From an uncultured Verrucomicrobiae bacterium (GTDB lineage: Bacteria; Verrucomicrobiota; Verrucomicrobiia; Chthoniobacterales; JAATET01), in NCBI GenBank assembly GCA_963719495.1, contig CAVRCI010000009.1, forward strand, positions 32,001-96,000: a stretch of DNA of 64,000 bases. Direction: 5' to 3'. Position numbers and translations under genes: made by a program. Shown piece by piece: positions 9,949-28,046 of this stretch; position 1 is the first letter of the stretch; each line of letters begins with the position of its first letter. The notes under the pieces were generated by a model. The model saw only the letters and a list, made by a program, of their open reading frames with translations, had not been told where the DNA came from and made no database searches.

Positions 9949-10701
9949 CTACTCGGCGACGGCTGCGAGATCGACTTCGGTCTTAGCCTTCATGCCACGG
10001 CCGCTCATCATGGCGTCGACGAGCTTCTGTAGGATCACGCGGATCGAACGGATGGCGTCGTCGTTGCCGGCGATCGGGTATTCAACGCGTTCGGGGTCGC
10101 AATTCGTGTCAACGATGGCGACGATCGGCACCTTGAGACGGTTCGCTTCGGCGACGGCGATCTCTTCCTTGTTCGTGTCGATCACGATGAGGGCGTCGGG
10201 AAGTTTCTCCATCGTGAGGAGTCCTTCGAGATTTTTGTGGAGGCGCTCCCACTCGCGGTGGAGGGCGGACGCTTCCTTCTTGTTCATCCGCGAATAGGTC
10301 GGGGATTTCTCGATGTCCTGAATGACGCGATAACGCGCGACGCTCTTGCGAATCGTCTGGAGATTCGTGAGCGTTCCGCCGAGCCAGCGCTGGTTCACGA
10401 AGAGCTGACCGCTGGCCTGCGCCGCTTCGCGAACCGCTTCCTGCGCCTGCTTTTTGCAGCCGACGAAGAGCACTTTGCCACCGCCCTTGACGAGGTCGTG
10501 GAGGTATTTTGTTGCGGACTCGAGCTGGTCGACCGTCTTGCTGAGGTCGATGATGTAAATGCTGTTTTTCTCCTGAAAGATGAAATCCTTCATCTTCGGG
10601 TTCCAGCGTTTCGTTTGGTGGCCGTAATGCACCCCGGCCTCGAGGAGTTCTGTCATCATTTCCATTTTGGATGAGAGGTCTGCTTTGTCGTCGGTAGTCA
10701 T
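9949..10701 (-). CDS. rpsB: 30S ribosomal protein S2
   Basis: 'LLEAGVHYGHQTKRWNPKM', 'RWLGGTLTN', 'PIAGNDDAIRSI'. Confidence 0.98.
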   Translation of the reverse strand: MTTDDKADLSSKMEMMTELLEAGVHYGHQTKRWNPKMKDFIFQEKNSIYIIDLSKTVDQLESATKYLHDLVKGGGKVLFVGCKKQAQEAVREAAQASGQLFVNQRWLGGTLTNLQTIRKSVARYRVIQDIEKSPTYSRMNKKEASALHREWERLHKNLEGLLTMEKLPDALIVIDTNKEEIAVAEANRLKVPIVAIVDTNCDPERVEYPIAGNDDAIRSIRVILQKLVDAMMSGRGMKAKTEVDLAAVAE

Positions 10702-10722
10702 GCCAGTTGGTTCGTGGTTAGC

Positions 10723-14844
<4,122 letters not shown>

Positions 14845-14873
14845 AGGTGTCGAGTTGAGGTCCAGGTGATGGA

Positions 14874-18671
<3,798 letters not shown>

Positions 18672-18946
18672 GGGTCGGAGATACAGGGTGTTGGCTAGTG
18701 CCTTGAAGGGGGACCTTAGTTGGAGTGACTAGGAGTCGCAGTCAGTCGAGACGACAAAAAGCCCGCGTGGTGAATTTCTTCACTTTGCGGGAGCTTGATC
18801 GAGAATGGCTGCGGCGCGTAATCGCTGACTTGGGACCTTGGGCAAAAGGGTGATCGTTAGAGTTAGAGCCGGACCACGCGAGTCGCAACAAAAAACTTGC
18901 CAAAAGCAAATTTTTCGAAGACCCGCGCGGCTCCCCGGCGGGAAGG

Positions 18947-19327
18947 TTACTTGATTTCGACCTTGGCGCCGGCTGCTTCGATCTTCTTCTTGATCTCTTC
19001 AGCTTCTTCCTTGGTGACACCCTCTTTGAGGGCCTTGGGAGCGCTCTCGACGAGGGCCTTCGCTTCCGCGAGACCGAGGCCGGCCACGTTGGCGCGCACT
19101 TCCTTGATGACGGCGATCTTGTTCGCGCCGGTTTCGGTGAGGATCACGTCGAAGGAGGTTTTCTCTTCAACGGCCTCGGCGGCGGCTCCGCCACCACCAG
19201 CCGCGGCGACCGCAACGGGAGCTGCGGCGCTGACGCCCCACTTTTCTTCGAGTGCCTTCACGAGGTCAGCGATTTCCAGAACGGTGAGTCCGCTGAGCTT
19301 GTCTACGATTTCGGTATTATCTGCCAT
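18947..19327 (-). CDS. rplL: 50S ribosomal protein L7/L12
   Basis: '[13 protein letters not shown]', 'KIAVIKEVR', '[12 protein letters not shown]'. Confidence 0.98.
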   Translation of the reverse strand: MADNTEIVDKLSGLTVLEIADLVKALEEKWGVSAAAPVAVAAAGGGGAAAEAVEEKTSFDVILTETGANKIAVIKEVRANVAGLGLAEAKALVESAPKALKEGVTKEEAEEIKKKIEAAGAKVEIK

Positions 19328-19468
19328 GGTATTTTTGTTGGTATCGTCGCCATCCGAAGCTTCGGAGGAATTAAGGCCGGCCGCTGCCGGTCCGACGAGG
19401 AACCTTTGAGGTTGGTTTGGGTATCCGCGGGGTTCGGCGTGAGCCTTGGCCGCGAAAGTGTTTTGCGG

Positions 19469-19993
19469 TTAGGCGGCGACGGCTCCTTCGGCGTCGGCCT
19501 TGGCTTGGAGAACGCGGGCCAGGCTGGCACCGGGTTCGTTGAGAGTGCGCACGAGTTGCGTCGCGGGCTGCAGGAGCAGGCCGAGGAGCTGGGCTTGGAG
19601 CGTCTCCTTCGAAGGGAGATCGGCCAACGCGACGAGTTGGTCTGGGGTGAGCGGAGCGTTGTCAAGGACGCCGGCCTTGAGGGTCGGCTTCTTGAATTCC
19701 TTCGCGAAAGTCTTGAGGACCTTCGCAGCAGCGCAAATGTCGACGTCGCCGGTGACGATCGCGTTCTGTCCGGTGAGGGACGTGGCGAGGTCGGGCATGC
19801 CGAGCTCGCGGGAGGCGATCTTGACGAAGCTGTTTTTGACGACGTTGATCTGGGCACCGCTGCCGTGGAGGCGGGTGCGGAGCTCCGCGAAATTCGGCAC
19901 CGTCATGCCGGTGTAATCGGCGACGATGAGGTAGGGCGAACCCTTGAAGCGGGCGCTGAGATCTTCGACGATCGTGGTTTTTTCCGGGCGCAT
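19469..19993 (-). CDS. rplJ: 50S ribosomal protein L10
   Basis: Starts MRPEK at 19993. 'DYTGMTV...LR', 'VVKN', 'LADLPSKE'. Position between rplA and rplL. Confidence 0.96.
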   Translation of the reverse strand: MRPEKTTIVEDLSARFKGSPYLIVADYTGMTVPNFAELRTRLHGSGAQINVVKNSFVKIASRELGMPDLATSLTGQNAIVTGDVDICAAAKVLKTFAKEFKKPTLKAGVLDNAPLTPDQLVALADLPSKETLQAQLLGLLLQPATQLVRTLNEPGASLARVLQAKADAEGAVAA

Positions 19994-20012
19994 GGTAAGT
20001 CGTGGTTCGAAG

Positions 20013-20714
<702 letters not shown>

Positions 20715-20722
20715 TTTTAGGA

Positions 20723-20757
20723 GCAGTGCGAACGTCCGGCGGGTGCCAGACTCCTGC
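20723..20757 (-). promoter_or_regulatory. Putative L1-binding autoregulatory RNA hairpin in the rplK-rplA spacer
   Basis: mRNA reads GCAG-GA-GUCUGGC-ACCC-GCCGGAC-GUUCGCA-CUGC: two stems around an asymmetric GGAG-containing loop just upstream of the rplA start, the known L1 target architecture. Confidence 0.55.
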
Positions 20758-20777
20758 GAGGTTGAGTGAAAAGTGAC

Positions 20778-21212
20778 TTAGACTTCGACGCCTTCGACTT
20801 CGATGCCCATCTGGCGGGCGGTGCCGCAGAGGGTGCGGAAAGCGGCTTCGTCGTCGGCGGTGTTCATGTCCTGCTTCTTGATTTTGACGACGTCCATGAC
20901 CTGCTGCTTGGTCAGCTTCGCGACCTTGAGTTTGTTCGGCTCCTTGGACCCGGCAGCGATGTTCGCGGCCTTCTTGAGGAGAATGCCGGCGGGCGGCTGC
21001 TTGGTGATGAAGGTGAAGCTCTTGTCCTTGAAGACGGTGATGACGACCGGAAGGATGTCGCCCGCCTGTTTCTGCGTGGCGGCGTTGAATTCCTTACAGA
21101 ACGCCATGATGTTGACGCCCTGCTGACCGAGGGCCGGGCCGACGGGAGGCGCGGGATTTGCGGATCCGGCGGGGATCTGAAGTTTGATGAATGCGACGAT
21201 TTCTTTGGCCAT
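20778..21212 (-). CDS. rplK: 50S ribosomal protein L11
   Basis: '[22 protein letters not shown]', 'FCKEFNA', 'GTARQMGI'. Confidence 0.98.
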   Translation of the reverse strand: MAKEIVAFIKLQIPAGSANPAPPVGPALGQQGVNIMAFCKEFNAATQKQAGDILPVVITVFKDKSFTFITKQPPAGILLKKAANIAAGSKEPNKLKVAKLTKQQVMDVVKIKKQDMNTADDEAAFRTLCGTARQMGIEVEGVEV

Positions 21213-21564
21213 GACTCGAAAAGGGTTCGCGCTGCGGGCAGCGGAAAAGGGTCGAGAAGGTCTAGAGGTTCCCCGTGACGGTCAAGGCTTTTTGTAAAAA
21301 TCTTCGTGAATATGCGAACTTTTGCCCGAAGGCAGTCTCTGATCACGATGGCAATCGAGTTGATCGGTCGTTGCCCCAGAACAAGCAGCTCGACGACAGC
21401 TCACCGAAATGGTCAGCCGGACGCCGTCAAACACCAGACCGCCATGTCGCCGATAGCCGCCATTCCTTTTCTGATCGCGACTCGACGGTCCAAGCCTGAA
21501 GAGCACAGAACCGGTACAAACGAACCAAATGTGTCAATATGAAGACCCCCTTCCGACCCTTTTT

Positions 21565-22078
21565 CGATCCCAACCTGCTGGCGTGTCTGATCCAGCACCG
21601 GCCCCTGCTCGATGTGAAGCTCCAGAAACGCGTGAATCGAACTCGGCTCGCGCCGCGCATCGAGCGAGTCCGTGGGCTCGGATCCCCGCTCGCGCATCGC
21701 GTTCGCCAACTTTACCCCGCCTAAATCCATCGCGCCAAGCAGCCGGTCCGGCGTCAGCCGCCCGGTGAACGCCTCACTCCCCAACATTCCGCCGAATCGC
21801 CCCTCCTCGTCGCTGAACGAAATCACCTCGATCTGATGCGCTAAACGCACGTCCGCCTCGATCATTACCCGCGCCACCTCCAACCCACAGAGCACGCCCA
21901 GCGTCCCGTGCCCCCCCGCACGGAACGGAATCGGTGTGCGATCCGATGATCACCGCCGGCTCCGTCTGGTGCGGCGGCCAGTGCCCGATCACGTTCGCCG
22001 CCCCGTCGATCCGCACCGCCATCCCCATCCCCCGCATCTGCTCCAGCAACCAATACCGCGCCGCGAAGTCGGACTCGG
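21565..22078 (-). pseudogene. Zn-dependent amidohydrolase (M20, allantoate/N-carbamoyl-amino-acid hydrolase type) remnant
   Basis: 'GSHTDSVPCGG' then a frameshift near 21910 to 'LGVLCGLE...SDEEGRFG...FLELHIEQGPVL'. The N-terminus is cut at the repeat array and the C-terminal half is absent. Confidence 0.85.
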
Positions 22079-22153
22079 GCGATGGGGTCAGCGATGGGGT
22101 CAGCGATGGGGTCAGGCGATGGGGTCAAGCGATGGGGTCAAGCGATGGGGTCA
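22079..22153. repeat. Six tandem copies of GCGATGGGGTCA (left end array of the Y1 element)
   Basis: Copies start at 22079, 22091, 22103, 22116, 22129 and 22142, with 0-1 nt spacers. Confidence 0.95.
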
Positions 22154-23260
22154 GGGTTCAAAATTCAAATTTGATCTCATCCACTCTTCCCCGGTCTCCG
22201 GCAAAGGCTTTCTCGCAATCCCGGAGTTCCACTTGCGGAGCCCTTGGCTCACGTTGGCGGCGCTTTTCATCGAGAGATTCGTCGCCAGCCAGCCATTCGA
22301 GACCGTCGTGCGACGGCGGATCACCGCGGCGATAGCCAGCTTTCTCGAGTCGGACCCATTGAGCGCAAACAAGTCGTCCGGGTGAAGTTTGCACCGCTCC
22401 AATCCCTCCTGAAGCAATCGCTCCGCTTCTCCCAGATGGTGCGCTTTCTGCTCCGAAGCGAAATTGTATGCAGTCGAGCGAGGTTTGGCGATGGAGCCTT
22501 TTCCGAGCAATAGCAGATTTTCTGCGAACGCCTGCGTTCCCCAATACCAGCCGCGTTGCAAATTGCTCATTCGGGCATCGACCTCGGCATCGATTACCGG
22601 GATGCCGCATCGGGTCGCCTCCTCAGCAACCGCTCGACGGTCAAGACGTTCGACCATCCCCCGCCGACCTTCTACCGTGTCCGCATAACCGAAGAGGCTC
22701 AATGCCTCCGCGCACGCCATCCACCTTGGCCGCCGTTCGGGCAAGACCGCGTAGGCACTCGCGAGACTACTCCACGGGTAGTCACTCACACTTTCTTGAC
22801 ATTCGGGTGACACCAACCCTGCGCGGACCGGATTAAGGTGGATGTAATCGACCAGCGATTCGTAATAAAAACCAGTCCGCCCATCGATGATGATCGCCTT
22901 GTAACGGTCCCCAAAGAGCCGTCCCCATCCGCGATGCCGGACGTTGAATCGGCGCGTGTAGGTGTTCTGCAGCCACTTCATTCCGTCAACGAGGTTGGCC
23001 TCCGGCGTCTGCACAAACACGTGATAGTGATTGCTCATCAGCACCCACGCATGAATTCGCCAGCCCGTCATCCCACACACCTCGCCAAGGGTTCGTAAAA
23101 ATGTCTCCCGGTCTTCGTCATCCACAAAAATCCAATCCCGCCGATTCCCTCGCGCCATCACGTGGTAAAACGCGCCACAATACTCAATGCGAATGCTTCG
23201 TGCCATAACCTCCATTCGCCCTCAACCTTCGCATCCTGTCAAGATTTGAACCCTGACCCC
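22147..23260 (-). mobile_element. Y1/RAYT-like element bounded by perfect 16-bp inverted repeats
   Basis: GGGGTCAGGGTTCAAA (22147-22162) and TTTGAACCCTGACCCC (23245-23260) tightly enclose one transposase gene, whose stop codon lies inside the left IR. Confidence 0.85.
22151..23206 (-). CDS. HUH/Y1 tyrosine transposase (IS200-like/RAYT) with long C-terminal helical extension
   Basis: 'YHVMARGNRR..IF', HUH motif 'MSNHYHV', 'LFGDRYKA', catalytic Tyr region 'DYIHLNPVRAGLV', 'YPWSS'. Start 23206 or 23215. Confidence 0.92.
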   Translation of the reverse strand: MARSIRIEYCGAFYHVMARGNRRDWIFVDDEDRETFLRTLGEVCGMTGWRIHAWVLMSNHYHVFVQTPEANLVDGMKWLQNTYTRRFNVRHRGWGRLFGDRYKAIIIDGRTGFYYESLVDYIHLNPVRAGLVSPECQESVSDYPWSSLASAYAVLPERRPRWMACAEALSLFGYADTVEGRRGMVERLDRRAVAEEATRCGIPVIDAEVDARMSNLQRGWYWGTQAFAENLLLLGKGSIAKPRSTAYNFASEQKAHHLGEAERLLQEGLERCKLHPDDLFALNGSDSRKLAIAAVIRRRTTVSNGWLATNLSMKSAANVSQGLRKWNSGIARKPLPETGEEWMRSNLNFEP

Positions 23261-23459
23261 CTAATTGATTGTCATGACCCCCTGATGACCCCCTGATTGT
23301 CAAGATTTGAACCCTGACCCCCTAATGTGACCCTGATTGTCAAGATTTGAACCCTGACCCCCTAATGTGACCCCCTAATGAGATTTGAACCCTGACCCCC
23401 TAATCTGACCCCCTAATCTAATGACCCCTGACCCCCTAATGACCCCCCTGATCTGACCC
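23237..23459. repeat. Irregular tandem array of nested end copies (...TGACCCCCT[A/G]AT)
   Basis: Three copies of TGTCAAGATTTGAACCCTGACCCCCTAAT (23237, 23298, 23338), one AGATTTGAACCCTGACCCCCTAAT, and many shorter TGACCCC(C)T(A/G)AT units. Confidence 0.95.
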
Positions 23460-23869
23460 AGAGGGTAAGCCAGCTTCTTCATGTAAAAGGCCGGAATATC
23501 GTCACCCTCATCCGTCCGCAAGGCCGCCGCGATGCAACTCAGAGAATTCGGTATTCCCTTGCTCGCATTCGTCGTTCCGTCGACCGGATCCAGTGCGATC
23601 TCAAACCTTGGAGCCTCTTCCCGCCACGTCCCCACCTTTTCACCGACAAACAAACCCGGCGCCTCGTCCTTGATACCCTCGCCAATCACGATTTCGCCGC
23701 GCATGTCCATCAGGTCGAACATTCCGCGAATCGCGTCGCACGCGGCCAAATCCGCCGCTTCCTTCTCGCCCTTCCCGAGCCATGCCAGCGTGTTCAGAGC
23801 AGCGATCTCGGTCGCGCGGAGAAAATGCAGCTCGATCTGTCTCTCAGTGTCAGGAGCAGTTTGCGTCAT
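23460..23869 (-). pseudogene. glpX: Class II fructose-1,6-bisphosphatase, 3'-truncated
   Basis: 'RATEIAAL', 'GKGEKEAAD', 'IVIGEGIKDEAPGL', 'DPVDGT', 'YMKKLA'. The sequence runs into the repeat array after about 137 codons, whereas GlpX is normally over 300 aa. Confidence 0.88.
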
Positions 23870-23922
23870 CTTGGGTGCAGAGGGAATCCGATTGGGGTTT
23901 GATCATTCGCGCCGGAGCAATT

Positions 23923-25170
23923 TTACCGGGCACTGAGCACGCTGTGTTCATATTTCTTCACCTCGTCGAGCCAATCGATCCCCACCGGCACGTCCCTCCG
24001 CCGACAATGCTCGTCCCACACCGCCCCGAGCGGTAGCGTCTTGCATTCTTCGAGCACGCCCAACCGTGACGTGAAGTCACCTTCCAGCTCCAATTTGCGC
24101 AGCCGATCCGTTGGCTCGAGCAAAGCCGCGAGCAGGCACTTTAGAGTGTTTCGCGTGCCGATCACCCACGCCGCGATTCGATTGATGCTGGCGTCGAAAA
24201 AATCCAGACCAACGTGCGTCCGATCCAGAAACTCTCCCCGCACCAACTCTTCGGCGATCGCCCGCGTTGCGTCGTCCATCAACACCACGTGATCGCTGTC
24301 CCAACGGACCCCGCGACTGACGTGAAGCAGGAGTTCGGGAACAAACTGCAGCACCGAGGAAATCTTGTCGGCCAAACTCTCCGTCGGATGGAAATGCCCC
24401 GCATCGAGACAGAGAAGCTTCTGCCGCGTCACGGCATACCCCATGTAAAACTCGTGCGAGCCGACGACATACGACTCCGATCCGATTCCGAAGAGCTTGC
24501 ACTCCACCGCGTCCAGATTGTGCGCTGGATCGATCTCCTCGGCAAACACCTCATCAAGCGCCTGCTCCAGCCGCGCCCTTGGAGCCTTCCGGTCAATTGG
24601 CAGATCTTTGTAGCCATCTGGTATCCACACGTTCGTCACCGCCGGCGACCCCAACTGCCGCCCGATCTCCGCCGCAATCCGGCGACACACGATCCCGTGC
24701 TCGATCCAGAATTTCCGCACTCCGTCGTCAGCACTGCTCAGCGTAAACCCATCAGCCGCAAACGGATGCGAGAAATAGCTCGGATTGAAATCCATCCCCA
24801 TCTCCCGCTCTTTCAACCAATCAATCCAGCTCTGGAATTGCTCCACCGTGTATTCGTTGCGCTCGATCTTCTTTCCATCCAAGTCCGCGTAGCTCGCATG
24901 CAGATTCAGCCGGTGCTTCCCGGGGATCAACGCCAGAGCCTGATCGAGGTCCGCCCGCAGTTCCGCCAAATTCCGCGCCTTCCCGGGGTAATTTCCCGTC
25001 ACCTGAATGCCGCCGGAAAGTTCGCCATCCGGTCGTTCCGCCCCCGCCACGTCATCCCCCTGCCAGCAATGCAGCGAAATTGGGATGGATGCCAGCCGCT
25101 TGAGGGCTCGCTCGGTGTCGACGCCGAGCGTGGCGTATTGTTCTTTTGCGATCTGGTAGGGAGAAGTCAT
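23923..25170 (-). CDS. rhaA: L-rhamnose isomerase
   Basis: '[11 protein letters not shown]', 'TGNYPGKAR', '[18 protein letters not shown]', '[15 protein letters not shown]', '[10 protein letters not shown]'. Confidence 0.96.
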   Translation of the reverse strand: MTSPYQIAKEQYATLGVDTERALKRLASIPISLHCWQGDDVAGAERPDGELSGGIQVTGNYPGKARNLAELRADLDQALALIPGKHRLNLHASYADLDGKKIERNEYTVEQFQSWIDWLKEREMGMDFNPSYFSHPFAADGFTLSSADDGVRKFWIEHGIVCRRIAAEIGRQLGSPAVTNVWIPDGYKDLPIDRKAPRARLEQALDEVFAEEIDPAHNLDAVECKLFGIGSESYVVGSHEFYMGYAVTRQKLLCLDAGHFHPTESLADKISSVLQFVPELLLHVSRGVRWDSDHVVLMDDATRAIAEELVRGEFLDRTHVGLDFFDASINRIAAWVIGTRNTLKCLLAALLEPTDRLRKLELEGDFTSRLGVLEECKTLPLGAVWDEHCRRRDVPVGIDWLDEVKKYEHSVLSAR

Positions 25171-25303
25171 GAGATAAGGATCTGGAGGTTTCGGTTCACT
25201 GTGACGTCAACGCCACGATTCTCCTCGCAGCCTAGCGGTCTCCGCGCCGTTGGGAATTGGACAAACGCCCTTTTCCATATAAAAATCGCCCAAGCTTTCG
25301 GTC

Positions 25304-26185
25304 GTGCGCAATTCCTCCATTTACCTCCCCCTCGTTCCCGAACGACTGGTGTGGGGACTCGCCGTAATGTCGACCGGCTACACCCGCACTCCGCCGCACT
25401 CCCCTTACCCCTCCCCCACCCTGCGCCACCCCGACGACCACATGTTCACCTGGGAGCGAGGCCGCACCCTTGACGCCTTTCAGTGCCTCACCATCCACCG
25501 CGGGGCGGGCTGGTTCGAATCCCGCGAGACCGGCCGTCTTCGAGTCACCGAGGGCTCCGCCATTCTGCTGTTTCCCGCAGTTTGGCACCGCTACAAACCC
25601 GACCGCGAAACCGGATGGACCGAGACCTGGATCGAATTCGCCGGCCCCGTCCCCAACGAACTTCGTCGCACCGACACACTCGATCCCAGCCACGCGATTT
25701 ACCCGAGAGCACTTAGCCCGGAACTCCTCTACCTCACCCGCAGCGCCATCGAATTCTCGCAGAATCAACCGCCTGGATTCGCCGGCCAGCTCGCCGCGAC
25801 CACCCTCCAAATTCTCGCCGCGCTCGTCGCCTCGCGAGAGCGGATCCGGCAGCCTCCCAGCCACGTTCAAAAGATCGTTCAGCGGGCAAAGACTCTCCTC
25901 CTCGAACGCTTCGACGAAGCCCACCGCATCCGCGATGTCGCCCGCGAACTTGGCATCGCGGAATCCCACTTCCGCCGCATCTTCAAGAAATCCACCGGCC
26001 TCTCGCCCAAGGAATACGTCCTCGATCTCCGACTCCGCGAAGTCCGAATCCTCCTTCAAGGGTCCGCCCTGACCATCGGAGAAATCGCCGACCGCACGGG
26101 CTACAACTCCGCCTACCACCTCTCGGCGGAATTCAAAAAACGCACCGGGATCTCGCCTTCGGCGTGGCGACAGAATCGGCGGTAA
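25304..26185 (+). CDS. AraC family transcriptional regulator (divergent from rhaA)
   Basis: Cupin 'LLFPAVWHRYKPD..TGWTETWIEF' and double HTH 'FRRIFKKSTGLSPKEY...IGEIA..TGY...FKKRTGISP'. Confidence 0.93.
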   Translation: MRNSSIYLPLVPERLVWGLAVMSTGYTRTPPHSPYPSPTLRHPDDHMFTWERGRTLDAFQCLTIHRGAGWFESRETGRLRVTEGSAILLFPAVWHRYKPDRETGWTETWIEFAGPVPNELRRTDTLDPSHAIYPRALSPELLYLTRSAIEFSQNQPPGFAGQLAATTLQILAALVASRERIRQPPSHVQKIVQRAKTLLLERFDEAHRIRDVARELGIAESHFRRIFKKSTGLSPKEYVLDLRLREVRILLQGSALTIGEIADRTGYNSAYHLSAEFKKRTGISPSAWRQNRR

Positions 26186-26540
26186 TCTCGTCCCGGGCAT
26201 CTCTCAGCCTTTCATTCGATCGTTTTGCAAATAGGCCGAATAAACAACGCACACCATCCGTGTGTCGTTCCGATTCGACCCGAGATCTTCACGCGAAAGT
26301 TACTTTTCGCGCACAATTCTTACGTCTTTGTTGATTTCAATGAATTTTTGTCGGCTTGAGAGTATCATATCCCGATATGAATCGTTTCCGTCACGAAACT
26401 CAACCCACGCCAAGTTCATGAACTCAGCCTCTTCTCAATACGATCAACAACAGATCGCAAGCTCCCATCCGATGGTCACCATCGCTATCTTCAGCGCGGT
26501 TCTGGCCGTCCTCATTGGTGCGAGGGGAATTGGGGATTGA

Positions 26541-26709
26541 GGGATTGGGGTCAGTGGGGGATTGGGGTCAGGGATTGGGGTCAGTGTGCAAAAAGCAAAT
26601 CGCTTCCGCAGTTGAGTCAGTCACGACCGCGGATCGAGGTTCGAGTCATCGGCGCTAACTTTTCACTTTTCTTTTTTGCACACTGACCCCAATCCCTGAC
26701 CCCAATCCC
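26541..26709. mobile_element. Non-autonomous GGGGTCA/TGACCCC-ended inverted-repeat element (MITE/REPIN-like)
   Basis: Perfect 37-bp IR (26558-26594 / 26673-26709), 78-bp spacer. GGGATTGGGGTCA occurs three times on the left and its complement twice on the right. Confidence 0.85.
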
Positions 26710-26781
26710 ACCAGAATGAGAACTGCTGCCGAAAAACCCGGCGGGTTGCGCTTTGCGGCCGATGTGTATAAAACTTAACAG

Positions 26782-27339
26782 ATGTCCTTCCTACGCAACC
26801 TATCGATCGGCCTCATCCTCTCCATCACCGCCAGCGGCCCCGCCGCGGCCCAGCTCATCTTCACCGTCGACACCGCTGCGAAGAAATTTTATTTCTCGGG
26901 ATCTGACACGGGGAATCCGGGCTTCGACGGCGTCGGGGGACGCCTGACCTGGGAATCGTCTCCGAGCTCGGGATCGCAAACTTCATTTGCAATCCAAAGT
27001 GCCCTCACGTCCTCCGGGGCGGTGGGTTTGGCTGACCTGAAGATCTCAGACAACGGCCAAGTGCTCATCGACCTCGACCTCAACTCGACCGCCACGCTGA
27101 CCATCACTCCAACGCCGTCCGTCCGCTTCGACTACACAAGCCTTCCAGCCAATCAATTGAACCTACTCGAGAGTTTCGCCATCACCGGGACTCCGATCAA
27201 TCTCACGCTCGGCACCGGCTTTTCCGACTTTCAAGTCGCCGCCGTGCCCGAGCCCCGATTCGTCGGTGTGCTCGCAATTGTCGGCATCCTCAGTTTGGTG
27301 CTTGTCCGGCGACGTCCCCGATCATTCGCGGTTCGGTGA
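26782..27339 (+). CDS. PEP-CTERM sorting domain protein
   Basis: Signal peptide, S/T/G-rich body, C-terminal 'VPEP' + TM helix + 'RRRPR'. Confidence 0.88.
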   Translation: MSFLRNLSIGLILSITASGPAAAQLIFTVDTAAKKFYFSGSDTGNPGFDGVGGRLTWESSPSSGSQTSFAIQSALTSSGAVGLADLKISDNGQVLIDLDLNSTATLTITPTPSVRFDYTSLPANQLNLLESFAITGTPINLTLGTGFSDFQVAAVPEPRFVGVLAIVGILSLVLVRRRPRSFAVR

Positions 27340-27406
27340 CTTGAAAGAGCGTCGTCGTACTCGCTCCGCTTCAACCGTGCTTGGGGTTCTCGGCCCCCAC
27401 GTCAGC

Positions 27407-27952
27407 TCAATCGTCAGCAGGCGCGACCGCGGCGCTCCCGTTAAATCGGTAGAGAATGAGCGGAGTCCTGTCGGACGTTCGGACCAAACGTTCGACGAAT
27501 CTGACCTCCTTACGGTCGCCCAGATCGAGGACCCTGATCTTCATCTTGAGATCCACACCACTGAGCGGGATGGTCTTCTCGACGGTGATCGGACCCCGCC
27601 GCGCCCGGTATTTGGCGCTCAACGAGGATTCGTTGCCCAATAACGCGAGCAGACCGTCGATTTTGACGCGCCCGTTCTTGCGAAAATCCAGAGTCGGACG
27701 GGACCGATTGGTCTCTCCCCCAACGTCAAGTTCCCGGATCAACCGCATCCTCGATTCCCGACCGTCCCGCTTCGACCGAATGCACATCCGTCCGCTTCCC
27801 GGGTGAAAGACACTTAAGATCTTCGCGGTCACATCGCCGTCGTGAATTCCATCCAGCGAATTTCAATCGGTGTCATTTTGATTCCGCCGGTCGGGCATCG
27901 CAGCCAGCGTAAGCGCGAGGATTCCCATCAGGAGGAACTTTCCGTTCGCCAT
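27407..27952 (-). pseudogene. Hypothetical secreted basic protein interrupted by an in-frame TGA
   Basis: ATG 27952 encodes a signal-like 'MANGKFLLMGILALTLAAMP', in frame with the 27407..27832 ORF but separated from it by TGA at 27863-27865. Confidence 0.5.
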
Positions 27953-28046
27953 TACATCATTGGAACACGCTTTAATCGGTGCGCACAGAATCCCGGAAAA
28001 TATCGAGCTAGCGAGTGACCCGGCTTAAGCGCGGAGACCTGACGGC

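Noticed and set aside
21255..21290. Sigma70 promoter for rplK (TTGACC...TAGACC on the minus strand)
   Set aside because: The spacer is only 15 nt and the -10 box is weak, so it is not supportable without TSS data.
22147..23260. Classical DDE insertion sequence with target-site duplication
   Set aside because: The protein has HUH and Y1 motifs, not DDE, and the flanks (GCGAT versus CTAAT) are not a direct repeat.
22079..23459. Tandem arrays as a CRISPR array
   Set aside because: Units are 12-29 nt and abut with no unique 25-45 nt spacers. No cas genes are in the window.
26262..26540. 92-aa ORF in the AT-rich patch
   Set aside because: No recognisable motif, atypical codon usage, and it ends inside the repeat element. 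More likely degraded foreign DNA.
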